Positions 1-12,200 of a stretch of 64,000 bases of DNA are shown here, one piece after another; position 1 is the first letter of the stretch; each line of letters opens with the position of its first letter. Location of the stretch: contig OZ076409.1 in assembly GCA_964187785.1 (NCBI GenBank), positions 91,514,001 through 91,578,000 of the forward strand. The letters run 5' to 3'. Under the pieces are notes generated by a model, which was not told the DNA's origin, made no database searches, and worked only from the letters and a program-made list of their open reading frames with translations. The position numbers and the translations under genes were made by a program. Source of the DNA: Amphiscolops sp. MND2022 (Eukaryota).

Positions 1-1046
1 GGTTTCGGTAGGGGATAAAGAGTTGCCTTTCGTGCGTGGTCGTACTGTTTTAAAAAGTGGCGCAGTCTGTTGAGGGTCGCAGCGAGCTCTTTCTTCGTGA
101 TGGAAATTTCCTCGTCAAGGAAAAAGCGTTGTTGAGCTTTCAAGTCGCAAAATTTAAAGACTTTGATTGCAAATAAATTTTTATTGGACCCCTTGCTGAC
201 TCGTACGAGACGATTTTCCGTCTTTATAACGTCCAATTTGTTGCGATAAAAGTACGAGTCAACGTCAGCTTCGTCCAAAGTTTGTTATGGAACGTCTTCG
301 TAAATTGAATACAGCAAAGATAGAGATGGAAGTTGATGTTTAACAGACATGAACTGCTCTAAAAGAAAGTTTAAATTAAAATGAAGAATGAAATTTAGTG
401 TAGTGGATAAAAGCAAGGCCTACGTCGCCGCAATATTATGACAATGCGATAAACAGCACGTGACTTTGCTTTTAACCACTACGCCAACAATGTTGTTTTA
501 TTCCATTTATGGAAAGTAATTAAAGATGAAAGGGAAACCTAGCTGTCACCTACTCACGCTACTAATCTTTTATGGTTGGATAATTACTCCAATTGAGAGG
601 TTTTCCCAGACGTATCGGCGTCTTTTTGAGGGAATTTGTTCCACTTGAGTGGTTTTCACAGACAACGTGGCGTCCCTTGAGGGAAACTTGTTACACTTGA
701 GCAATTAACTTTCAGGGAGATTAAAAGTGATTGACAGGTACTTGAGAGGGAACGCTGAGGCTAATGCGTAATTACTTTTTCCTTTTATGGTAGGCTAACT
801 ATTCCTTTTATGGTTCAATGACTCACGCCTTCCGTATATGGTTGACCAATTACATGAAGTCAATTTTAAGCCATTTTGATTTCATTTTTCATTTCACAAT
901 TCTGCATCCTAGTTGTTTGCTGTCAGATTAAAACTTGTTACATTTTCTTGCAAATCTACTTGCTTGCTTTCAGATACTTACAATTTTTTCGTTACAATTC
1001 CATTTGCTTGCTTTCAGATAGAGACTTGTTACAATTCCTGCTCAAG

Positions 1047-1340
1047 ATGCCTGCCCTTGATCGAAATGCAAAGGTTGCCTGTCCCAATTGTGGTACCAAA
1101 GTTTCTAAGCAAAACCTGTCAGTACACAGAAAGAGTTGTTCCGTTGGGACATTATTTTGTTCTAAATGCCCCAATTTCTCAACCAAGTCCCAAAATGACT
1201 TGAATTATCACATTGCAAAGAAACATGGAGCCACCAAACCCGCAGTTGCTCACATTTGTATGATTTGCAAAGACAAATTTACCAGCTTTTATGCATTACG
1301 ACAACATAAAAGTCAAGTATTAAATTTTTTTTCAACTTAA
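1047..1340 (+). pseudogene. Truncated multi-zinc-finger ORF, probably a mobile-element (Maverick-like) fragment
   Basis: From ATG 1047: CPNC..H..C, CSKC..H..H and CMIC..H motifs; the ORF ends abruptly in A/T-rich sequence after the third finger. Confidence 0.45.
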
Positions 1341-1389
1341 ACATGATTTTTTTCCTCTACACAGTAGTCAAGTAATGAGCTAAACCTTT

Positions 1390-1480
1390 ATGGCGGATAA
1401 ATTATTCCCGTGGCGGATTAAATATTCCGCAGGCGGATAAAATATTGCGCGGGCGGGTAAAATTATTCCCGCGGGCGGTC
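1390..1480. repeat. Short tandem repeat of a ~21-bp unit (GGCGGATAAAATTATTCCCGC-like), about 4-5 copies
   Basis: Repeated ggcggata/ggcgggta..att(a)ttccg motif seen directly. Confidence 0.7.
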
Positions 1481-2529
1481 GTGGCCACCAAAAAATCAAT
1501 TTTTACCCAAAGTCTCACAGTGCCGAAAATGTCGCACAGTGCCGAAAAACCCTATTCCCTACCTTAAAACATTACCGAAGCTATTCCCTATCTTTATACA
1601 TTGAACACATCTTTATACATTGACAATCACTCGGCTCAATACCTTAATACATTGAGTCAAGTCGTCAGAATCGTGCAAAAGTACACGACTCGAGTCGTCA
1701 GCCAATCAGAATCGAGCACGACTGCACCCAATGGGTATACACCCACACTACACGAGTCGAGCCTATGCGAATCCAGGGGTTCAAGACCCTTCTCGTCTCT
1801 CGGCTCGCTATAGCCTATCTTAAAACATAGGGTCTTGAACCCCCCCCCCACCTGATCTGCTCACTCTCTTACTACTCACAACATGTACCATGACAAGAGA
1901 TCACAAACTTCATTATGTTGCAATCTCAACAAATGCTGAAGAACAGCAGAGCTTTTCACTAAGCTGATTGATCCTAACGGTGCTAATACACAATATCATC
2001 AGTGTGAATCTAATTAAGTGAGTCGACGGAGACCAAACCACCAAGACCTTTCTTCCTTTTGAACAAGCGCCGACCAAAAACGTGGCCTTCAAATCATCTT
2101 TAAGTTATCTTAAAGTGGCAGCGCGTTGTATCAGGTTGAGATCTCAAAAAAATACGGTTTTGAAAAAATTGAAAAACTTCGTGGTGAAGTATCCGAAAAT
2201 ATTTTTTCCGTTGTTCTATGATTCGTTTGTCAAATCAAGTTCTTCCCATTTCTCACAGGTGCATGGCTCAGCATTTGAAACAACTATGAGAAATCAAAAA
2301 ACGCCCAAAGAAATGATTTCTGATTCTATACACCAGTAAAACATCTCGAACCAAATAGTTGCTTAAACATTCAAATTTTAACACCCTAGTGTCGAGAAAA
2401 ACCCGGTTTTATATAAAGTTCCATGTTGTGTAAAAGTTTGAAATAGTTAGAATGAAATGATATTTTGAATCAATCAGTAATCCTAGTGATTTTTACGTTG
2501 GAAATATCAAACATTTATCTGTATCTTTG

Positions 2530-2662
2530 TCCTACTTGAATGACCTTTTGATAGCTGCTTCCTTGACCCATTTGGATGACCTTTTGATAACTGCTTCTTT
2601 GACCTATTTGGATGACCTTTTGAGAGCTATTAAACGGTCATCCAAGTAGGACAAAGAAGCAG
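2530..2662. repeat. About three 36-bp tandem units followed by an inverted copy
   Basis: (g/a)atgaccttttga repeated three times, then ggtcatccaagtaggacaaagaagcag in inverted orientation. Confidence 0.65.
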
Positions 2663-5600
2663 CATAAACATTTAACGTGTCATTGCCCTCAAAAAAGAGT
2701 GGGGCAAAAGTTGAAAATAAATGTTTGGTATTTCAATATAACCATACATACGAAGTCAATTCCGTGTCAACTTTCATCTAATCAAAGAAGAAGGTGACCA
2801 TTGTCAGTTGTGAACACACTCACCCCCAAAATCACCACAACCAAATCCCCCCCCCCAACCTTACCTTTCATTCTAATCCCTTTGTAACTCAGATTCAGTC
2901 ATTTTGCTTTAGGCTCACACTACCGAGAGGAGTCGTATTTGTTCTCTTGAACTTGAACTTTAGAAAGAAATTTAATTATCTTAAACACCGAAGATCAAAT
3001 TCAGGATTCAAATTTGTACTCAGAAGGAAACAAACAGATACCTGATGCAATTGGAAAATGTAACAAGAGCCGCATGTGCGGTAAAGGAGTCGGAAACGGA
3101 TTAAATTATTGAAAAACTAGTAAGTACTTTATCACCATTTGGTCGATTTTTGACTAACTTTGGCTATGTTTCTCAGATCCCAATCATACGATTTTGATGT
3201 CATTGCGCATATAGGAGCACTTTTGGGTGCAGAATGACTGCAAAGTTTCATAAAAATTGTATAGACAGTTTTTGAGAAATTCGAAATTTTTATTGAAAGG
3301 TCGGGAGAAAAAAAGGTACGAGTGCATAAGTAGTCGAAAATTTTTTTCCGACTGCTAAAAAGTATTTTTGTCTCACAAACCTTCAAGGATTGAGCTATGA
3401 TATTTTCATCACCGGATTTGCTTCCGTGTAGTAAAGATAACTGACAATTAAGCATTTCAAGTTCGTTAACTTTGTAAGATGAAAGGCCAGGAAGTGAATC
3501 GGTTATGATTTTGATAAATCGGTTTTAATTTTGATCAATGCATTGAGAAAAAAACAGCGTTTTCACCTTTTGAACTGACTTTTGAGATACTTTGAACAAA
3601 CGTATAATTGGTCGAAACAGTTCTTGCTTGATACAAAACACAAGCTCAATTTGAAGACTTTTTGTTCATGATATACAACTCTAGGTCAGACCAACTAAAT
3701 GTAATAAGTTAAAGAAATTAATTTTATCAAACTAAGTTAAAACACAATGGACTTATCAATGAATATTATTGAACCATGCGTCGTTAATACAACATTTGAA
3801 CACAATGATTGAAACTCAAAAAGTTCATGTAAAAGTCCCCAGTCACCTAGATTTATATCAAGAGGTGAATGATTTAACAAACTATGATTAGATGTGGAAA
3901 AAACTAAAGAATTTATGAGACTCATCACTGTTTAAAATCAGCATTAATTTTGGGAATTTTTAATTTCGAAAAAGGATTCAGACTCAATCGCACATTATAG
4001 CTCTGGTTATTCATTCTGCTAAGAACTGATGAAATAACCGAACAAAAAGTGACGCATTGGTTTTAAAAGCATATAATCTTTTCGGGGAGGGGTTTTGGTT
4101 TTTCGGGGAGGGGTTTTGTAACTGGTGGTGAAAGTTCCTGGATCCCAATTTATGAGACTTCCATACGATTCCTTCTATGGAACCATATATGGAACTGAAA
4201 GCAAAAATTGTAAAACGATTTTTCAAATTTCTGTTGTGCACCGTGTCTTGTTACGAAAAAGGATTTACTTCCTACGCAAAAACTGCGTCTGAGATCCTCA
4301 GATATTGAAAACAAATTCAAGCACACAAACACCTCTGCTCTCTTTTTCATTATGTTCGGACGACTAGCAACAGATCAAAAAAATCACATGGTTCCATGGG
4401 TTCCTTTCAAATGCCACTCGAACTTTTCGCTGAAGCTTCATTAAAAAAACTTCTATATGCGGTTTCAATGGTGGCAAACTGTGTTACTAGAGTGTGACAG
4501 TAACTTAGCAAACAGTTGCTGTGGTATTGAGAAAAAGTAAATTTTCTGAAAAGTATTTTTTTTGCAAATTTTCACTTTTTTCTAGTTACCTTTTTACCGG
4601 TGGTTCGGAAAACAAACTCTATTGACACAAATAACACCTCGCCCCAGGTAGTCCAATAGATTGTTGATTAGAAAAACAAAATTTCGTTTTCCTATATGCT
4701 TTTTGCGTTTCGTAAAATTTTATTGATTGTGAAAAAAATCGCTGTCCTCATTTGGGGACAAAAGCACTGTCGAGGTTATACAGAAGTGATGAAAAACGTA
4801 GTAGGAACCCTCCAAACGTCCTAACTTACCTATTTTTGAATGTAGATGATATTTTCATGAAAAAAGCGCGAATAAAAATTTTTCCGGTTTCGTCAGTATA
4901 TGGAACTATATGGTTCCATGCATTCAACTACATGGTAGCCCTATGAATTTGGATTCGGGTAGAGCCTGGACCAGTTAACAGGGCAATGGATTAACCAGCT
5001 ATTTATTTCTCAATTCATTGGTAAATATTGAACATTTCAAGCAAAAAGTAACTGACAGTTAGACCGGAGCCCTACTGATGAACGGATGTTCTCTACAATA
5101 GTCTATAAATCAAACTCCAGAATGCAGAATGGCTACCACTGCTGGTTCAGACAGAATTTTGGAAACTGACAGGTATTTTTTGATTATAATAACATTAATA
5201 ATTCAATTTATTAGAGGGGTACATTATAATGAATGAGCGTTTACACTGAGAGGCAAGGAAAACAAACTACATGAAGCCCCTGAAAAGATTTCCCAAAATT
5301 CGCGGTCGCTTTTTGTAATGAAAATTCGTTTTATTTCTGTTTAACGATTCATCGCAACAGTTTTTGTGAGACCGGTTAACCGAATAACCGGCTACTTTGA
5401 ACGAGTGATAGATTAAGCTTAAAAAATTAACTGGCCCAAACTCTAAGTGGAGGCATTTATTGTAGGCCTGTTGAAAGCTACGAAAATGTGTGATGGTACG
5501 TACGAACCCGAATCTTTCTCCATATGGCTTGTCACATGGATAATCACTCTTTGAACTAGCTTGTTTTGAATGGTCGCCATTCACGGCGAGCGGGAATAAC

Positions 5601-6014
5601 GTCTAAGGAATAACATCTAAATGCAAAACGGGAATAACGTCTCCAGCCAAGTCATGCTCATTCCCTGCCTCGAAACATTGAATTTTAGACCTTGTCCCGT
5701 CAGATGTTATACCCGAAACTGTTTTAGGTGTTATTCTTCAGACGTTATTTGCGCCCCTAGTTTTAATCACGTTCATTCAATTCATTTCGAGAAACTGAAT
5801 ACGTTGATCATGTTTTTTATCATGGTTTTAAGAGCGAGGAAGTGTATTTTTGGAAAATACAAAATCAGCTCGAACTTCAAGTTTTCAATTTCACGGGCAA
5901 AACATTCCCGTTGATAAAATTCCACTTATTAGGTCATACTCAAAAACACCAATTTTTCCCCAGCTGACACAAAGAAATTGTGCCTACGAGATTCACAATC
6001 AACGAAAAAGTGTA

Positions 6015-8142
6015 TGTTACGACTATTTATCGGGGTGATTTTTCGATTAGTCGCAGTGGTTTTATTTTTGATTGGTGTCGAAGTTGCATTTTCCGGGATA
6101 TTTTCGGATTCAGAATCTGTTTCTTCAGTAGTAGCTATGACAGTTTGTTTTTTAACAGGAGCAGCTATTAGTTTTAGCATCTCCTTTTGATTTTCAGCTA
6201 AGATTTTGGTAAGATCAGACATGATCTCTTTTCTCAGTGAAGACTTGATTTCCTCTAGATTTTCAGTGATTACTCTAGGAGATTTACTCGTCCCCGCTAC
6301 GGGATTTAAGTTTTGGTTAGTCTCAGGTATTGGGGTCTCCATTTCAGTAGAAACTAGTTCTTCAATAGCTTTTCTCTTCTGGCTTCTAGTAGTCATTTTT
6401 AGACAGAGCGAGAGAGTGATTGTTCTTTGGAAAATTTGAATTCTTCAAAGAAATATGGTTTTCAAAACGAAGTATTAACGGAGTAGATCAGGAAACAGAT
6501 TAAACAGATTTACAAATCCTTAGGTATATATACTTTCACAGCATCATTTGTTCCTCACCTAAAAATTCCTAGGAATCCTTAAAATCGGTTTTGTTCAACA
6601 AAAATGCTTAATCATCCTTATTATTTCAACCCTTTTATTAATTGTTCATGATTTAAAATTCCTAGTCACGGATCCCTTACGGAGTACTTGTTGAAATCAT
6701 TTTTGTTCATTAACATCATTTCCGGTTTGATCGCGGAAAAAGGCGGCAAAACAAATGTCTAGTTGAAACTTTATCGCGGAAAGCACGCGGGCATGAACGA
6801 TGATTCACTTTACGAGCGGTAAACTTTCAGCTTGCGATAAAAGAAATGACAAGCGAAATTTGTTACGGAGATATCTCGGGCGAATTTTGGATTGATAAAC
6901 TGAGATATTTGAGAAGGAACAAATGATGCTGGAAATGTGATGAATACGAACTAAAAAACCTGATTATTGTAAATCAGAAAACAACCAACAATAATCTATC
7001 TAACTTTACATGAATTGAGTTAGTTAACACTGACAAATGCAACAATTAAATAGCATATGCACGAAAGCAACGTTTCTACAACGTGATTAATACACAAAAT
7101 ATTCTTCTACAGAATAGGAAGAAGCACCCTTTTGTAAGGATTCGCTTTTATCTTAATTAACAGCACGAACCTTTTAATCGATCACTAAAACGGAGAAAAT
7201 CCGGGTGGAAAAAGTAAAACCTTATGATAATTTAAATATCTCGGAATAATTCTACATGACCTCAGGAACATCCTAATGTATTTGGATAGCTTCTGTGTTT
7301 TAGAATTTTCCACGCTTGTCTTACATGTATTAACATTAGGTATAACTTCACCTATTACAATTCACTCCGTAAACGCTCCGTAAATGCTCCCTACGTATTA
7401 AGATTGGGTATAGCTTCTTCGCATTACAATTTGCTCCGTAATCGCTCCGTACGTATTAAGATTAGGTATAGTTGAGCAGTGCTTGCTTGCGGAGACAGAG
7501 CGGACAGCGTTAACAAATTCATTCTTATTCTCTCTCTCAATTGGCGTTGCTATGGTAACTAGGGATGGTGAAAGGCGACGTTATTGGTCCGTAAAAATAG
7601 AAACATCTACTTTTCAATCAAGCTTAGTGACGTTGTCATTACGTTGTAAATATTCTCTTAAGTTGCTTAACTGCATTCTTAAGTGGATATTCACAACTGA
7701 TCAATCATTGGAAAACAATTCCACCATTCTCTTTGTATGTTCTTTCATTTTAGATCGTATGCGTTCCGTTGGGATCACGGAATTAAATATTGTTTTAGTG
7801 TTTTCATTTTAGTGTGGAGAAAAGAAAAATTGATCCCAGTGTTAAGGATGTTTCCTTTTTAATATTTAGATTGGCATGGAATTTTCATCAGTCGAAACCG
7901 GAAGTGATGAAACGATTGCATGTGAAATCATTAAACCGGAAATTTTCTTTTTGTCTAAATCATTTTTGAATAATTTACGTTGCGCTTCCGTTAAACTTAA
8001 TTCGTGCTGCTGTTTGGATAAAAGGTAAGGCATTAAATAGAGTTTACTTAATGTTGTGTAGCTCTGCCGTGTCGTTTTCCTCGCGTGAATTGCGGTATTC
8101 CTCCACAGCAAGTGAAATCCCGACCGGGAGCGGGTCGTGACA
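6015..8142 (-). repeat. 3' LTR of element A
   Basis: Direct repeat of 19566-21693 with about 7 substitutions seen by eye; TG...CA ends. Confidence 0.97.
7326..7470. repeat. Internal ~63-70-bp tandem subrepeats in the LTR U3 region, present in all four long LTRs
   Basis: gtattaa(c/g)att(a/g)ggtata...ttacaatt..ctccgtaa..gctccgta repeated about 2.5 times; also at ~20877, ~23705 and ~37297. Confidence 0.75.
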
Positions 8143-8782
8143 GGGCGCCTCTATAGCCTGTTGACCACGGTCTGGGGCAGTGGGGAATCTCCCTCGTGGT
8201 GAGCACGGGTTGCTTCCGTGCTCTTGCCAGTTTTGTAGAAGTATACCGTGTTCCCCGTCCGCACAACGGACTGTATTCTCGGCTGTTTTGTAGATTAATT
8301 CCATATGCGTTTTCTATTTCTTCCACGGGAGTCACTGACAGGTCATCTAGGCGGTCAAGCTTCGCAGGGGGCTCGCTCGCTGCTGAGTCTTCGTTCGTTA
8401 TGTCTCGTAAGACTGGGGCTGGTTGTAGTGGAGGCAGCTGGCGGGGAGTTTCCGGTTCTTCAAAATAACATTCCCTGGAGGTTTCTGCGTCTTGCTCTTC
8501 TACTGTGAAGACCTCTCCTGGGCTTGTTGTCCCAAAGGTTATTTTCCTTGGCGTGCCGATTGTTTCAAAAGTAGATGCCGAAATGTTCGACAAGTTAAGG
8601 TCATTAATAGATGACATCATTTCTTCTGTGCTGCCTTTAGTAGCTTCCAAGGAAGACTCAGAAAGATCCACGGTTGTTATCACATTAAGCGGGAGTATTT
8701 TGATCGGGGTGCTCTGTCTTACGTTGCTATCCCGTTCTTCTTCGTCGGAGGAGATATCGATAACTAAGTCGTAGTTATTCAT
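8048..8782 (-). CDS. ORF3 of element A: 244-aa acidic, S/T/P-rich accessory protein with N-terminal SUMO-interacting motif; C-terminus encoded in the 3' LTR
   Basis: Starts MNNYDLVIDISSDEEE at ATG 8782; homologous over its whole length to 24439-25167 in element B; crosses the LTR boundary at 8142. Confidence 0.8.
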   Translation of the reverse strand: MNNYDLVIDISSDEEERDSNVRQSTPIKILPLNVITTVDLSESSLEATKGSTEEMMSSINDLNLSNISASTFETIGTPRKITFGTTSPGEVFTVEEQDAETSRECYFEEPETPRQLPPLQPAPVLRDITNEDSAASEPPAKLDRLDDLSVTPVEEIENAYGINLQNSREYSPLCGRGTRYTSTKLARARKQPVLTTREIPHCPRPWSTGYRGALSRPAPGRDFTCCGGIPQFTRGKRHGRATQH

Positions 8783-9140
8783 TTTAAGTTTTCTGATTAT
8801 TACAAGCTGTCTTATCTTTACGTTTAGAATGCGGCAAGTGGAGAGGTTAACTTTCTTCCGTTCGTGACTTTCCTGCGTTCTCATTGGCTGTTATTTTTCT
8901 TCTCATTTCGGTTCGTTTTATCCTCGGAAAGCGTTTTGCTTCCATCTGCGCTGTGATTGGCTGAACCATAGGAATAAAAATGTTAAAGTTTGAACTTCGT
9001 CGTGACGTCACTAATTTCTTCCCGGTGATGTTCCGTGTGACGTCACAGACTTGAACTGACTCTTTCTTCCTCTTTATGATCTCAAACTAATTTGAACCAT
9101 TTTTCGTCCTTTTGGAAACTATGAGCTTCCAACGATGGTG
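8783..9140. promoter_or_regulatory. Putative bidirectional internal promoter between ORF3 (-) and the antisense gene (+)
   Basis: ATTGG (CCAAT) boxes at ~8883 and ~8956, TGACGTCA palindromes at ~9003 and ~9038; one of each is retained in element B (25267, 25419). Confidence 0.55.
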
Positions 9141-9217
9141 TATTTGGATTAATTTTGGGTAATGTATTTTCTTTGTTTCAGACTGTTCTGAAGATTCTTT
9201 ACGTGGTAATTTCTTAA

Positions 9218-12200
9218 ATGGATGGAGAAAGTGTGCCTCCTACTGTACCTGCCGGCGGCTTCCTTAGTGGAAACGAGACAGTGTTTAATTACACTGATGA
9301 TGACGTCCATCCTGAACCGGCATTTGTTCATTCTGTTTCAGGTTGGTAAAAAATCTTTTCTGACTTCCATGGGTAATTGGACTATTTGTTTTTGGTGATC
9401 AGCCTTTGGAGTCCTACCCGCAACTCTGACGCGTCGAACCAGATCTTGATTTTTCAGTAACTCAACCTGTCAGTTCATCAGTGGCTGTTATTTCTTCTGG
9501 TGCAGTTTCCGAGGTTGTTCCGTCTGCATCAAGCCTTTTGCCCTCGGTTTCAACCATACTTTCTACTGCGCCAATCTTTTCTGTGCATGAGGCTCTAGTT
9601 GGTCTCTCGAGTACTGTTCCGTCCAATGTGTCTTCAGCTGCTGCTCCTCCTAATTCTCCTGTGGTTCCTTCTGCTGTCGGGGAGGCTTCGGGAGTTCAGG
9701 CGTTACCTGTGCGTTTTCGCGCTGTGCAGGCCGAAGACAGTGACAGTGAGTCTCAAGGAGGTGAGACCGATCCGCCGCCCGGGGAGGAAACGAGTTAGTA
9801 GATTTGAATTTATTGTATTAGTAGCGTGTTGGATTTTGTTTTCGTCGAGTTTTCGGAGTGTGATATGCGTATTTTGTTAGCTCCCAAAACGAGTGGTTCT
9901 CGCAAGAAGGTGGGTTTTGGGACTTTGCCCAAGCGTGCTAAGAAGCCGTTGCCTCCTCCTCCTCCACTGACAACCGCTCCTGGAGGTTGGACTAGTAAGT
10001 TCTTGTTGGTTGTGCTTGTTTCTTTGTTTCTTCTGTGTTTTTTTTGTTGACGTATAGTACTGTTCAGTTGTACTGTATTTCTTGATTGTGTAGGTCTAGA
10101 CGATCCGGAGGTGGCACATATCCTTGGCACTGGTTTGAGTCCGGACGTTGTTCGTGAAGTTGGTCGTCAGGTCGCCGATCATGTGGAGAGTCATTTACAG
10201 ACTGGTGGGTTATTTGGTGTTTTGTCTGTAGCTAGGTGTTTGTGTTGTATTTCGTATCGGTAGTGGTCCGTGTTCGTTGTAATCATAGTAAACTTTGGTT
10301 TGTGTGTTTTCATAGGTCTTGACGAGTTTGCTGATAGGGTGGGCAGTCGGCTGAGTGCACGTGGCAAAGGAAAGAAATACAGCAGTCGGAATGTGTTGCA
10401 TCGACGAATGTTGAGCCTCCATCCTGCTTTTCCTCATTTCGTTAGTGGCGCGAAGAATGGCAAAGGCACACATTTTCACTGTCGTGTGTGTAAACGGGAC
10501 GTGGACATGAGAGCACAAGGCTCTGGAGAGTTTGCGCGACATTTTCAATCTGATGGCCACTGGTTTAAAGACGTAACGTATCGCGTGCACATGGGCCTGC
10601 CTGTTCTCAATAGGCTCATGGAGCCTATGGAATTGTCTGACAGTCAGCTGGCCGAATACCGTTCGAAAGCATTTGAGGATTTGAGTGAAGGCTATCCTTT
10701 TCCTGAGGATTTGCTGCCGAAGCACTCCCGCGTGGAGTCGAAAGTCCCTTTCATGACACTGGTGAGTTGTGTCTGTGAGCTTTTGCGTAGTGGTGGCGAT
10801 TTTGTGCTTTTGCGCCGTCTTTGGAGTCACTTCTTGTTGACACTACCGAAGGAGAGGGGACCACAGTTTAATCTCAACTGGAGTCGTTCCGAGACTGTGG
10901 TGAGTATGTGTTTGTTTGTTTTGTAGTTTTTGGCACTCTGTATAATACTCGTATGTGGCCGTTTTTATTGCTTCCTCTTTTTTGTATTAAGTAGGTAAAG
11001 GTATGGGACGTTTTGAGTGTTATCCGTTTTAGGCGTTTCTGTGCCAAGCCTTGGCTCCGCGGGTGTTGCGCCTTATGCTGAGTAGTGTTTCTGGCTTTCG
11101 TGCGTATGGATTGCAGTACGAGAAAGAGAACAATGTGGAGCGATGCTACGTGTTATACTGGAATGACAAGCATTTGATGAAGATTTGTATCGGATGTGAA
11201 TCGTTGGATCAGGCCATGCCACTTCCAGAGTTAGTGCCCTTGTCCCGCATTGTGTGCAGTTTGGGTTCAACTTTGTTGCCCATTGCGATTCTCGGGGGGA
11301 GTCCGTCATTGCTTCGTGTGTTAGAGAATGACCGTTCTGATGCTCGCCGTTTCGTCATATATGAGAAGTTTGATGAGGAGGTGTTTCTGCGATGTGTGCA
11401 GCAGGCAGATCAGGACATTTTCGGGATGGTGAACGTGATAACGTTAGTGGACTATCTGTTGCAGCGTCTGAAAAGTGCTTTGTATGAGGTCTGGACAGAG
11501 GGCAAGGTGGTACTACGCAAATGTATCCGGCAAGGATCCGTTGATTTTATGGATTATCGTCAGCTGTTGACCGAATTTATTGAGCTGTGGTCTTGCATAC
11601 GTCCTTTCATTCGTTGCACTGGGCACCCGGGGGCGAAAGGAAAAGCTGACAGTGATAGTCAAATTTATTGTTTTTATGTGGTCTCGATTTGTGTGCTTTT
11701 TCCCCCCTCTTTTTTTTCTCTTCAGTAAATTTGTAACGTGTAGATGATGGTTGGTTGTAGATGAAGGGGACAGACTGGCACATAATCGCTGACAATATGA
11801 CACCTTATCGTTTCGGGCTGTTACGATTTGTGTTAGATACATGTGAGTATGGCCTGGTTGATCGGTTTTGTAGTTTGTGGATGCTTGTTTGACTGGTTCT
11901 TTCTGTTGCCGGATTGATGTCGCGAATTGAGCTTAATTTCATTGTTGATCGTTTCCTGTTGTTTCAGTTCACATCAATTTCACGAAGCTTCATCAGGGGC
12001 GTGAAGACTACGCCTTTCACGGCTATGGTGAGCTGTGTGATTTTATCTACTGCCTTTTGCTGAAAACCCGGGCTACAGAGAGTCTGCCTAGTCTGAACGA
12101 TTGGGACGGGTTCATGGACGAAGAGAAGGTCGCTGCTTTTCCTTCCATTGCTGACGATGTGTTTTTGGCAAACTGCGATTTTGGCCGGGAGTTGCTCGCG

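Noticed and set aside
1..351. Minus-strand gene starting at ~351
   Set aside because: Early in-frame stop and no recognisable domain; probably a decayed element fragment.
2794..5914. Short ORFs and possible host exons
   Set aside because: No consistent spliced frame or domain could be assembled by eye.
5929..6396. Independent gene (also 22350-22772)
   Set aside because: It is the LTR-borne copy of the gag N-terminus running into flanking DNA.
9342..9457. Hammerhead ribozyme or C/D snoRNA in the conserved intron
   Set aside because: CUGA is present, but I could not place a CUGAUGA/GAAA core or a C box; kept only as an unassigned structured element.
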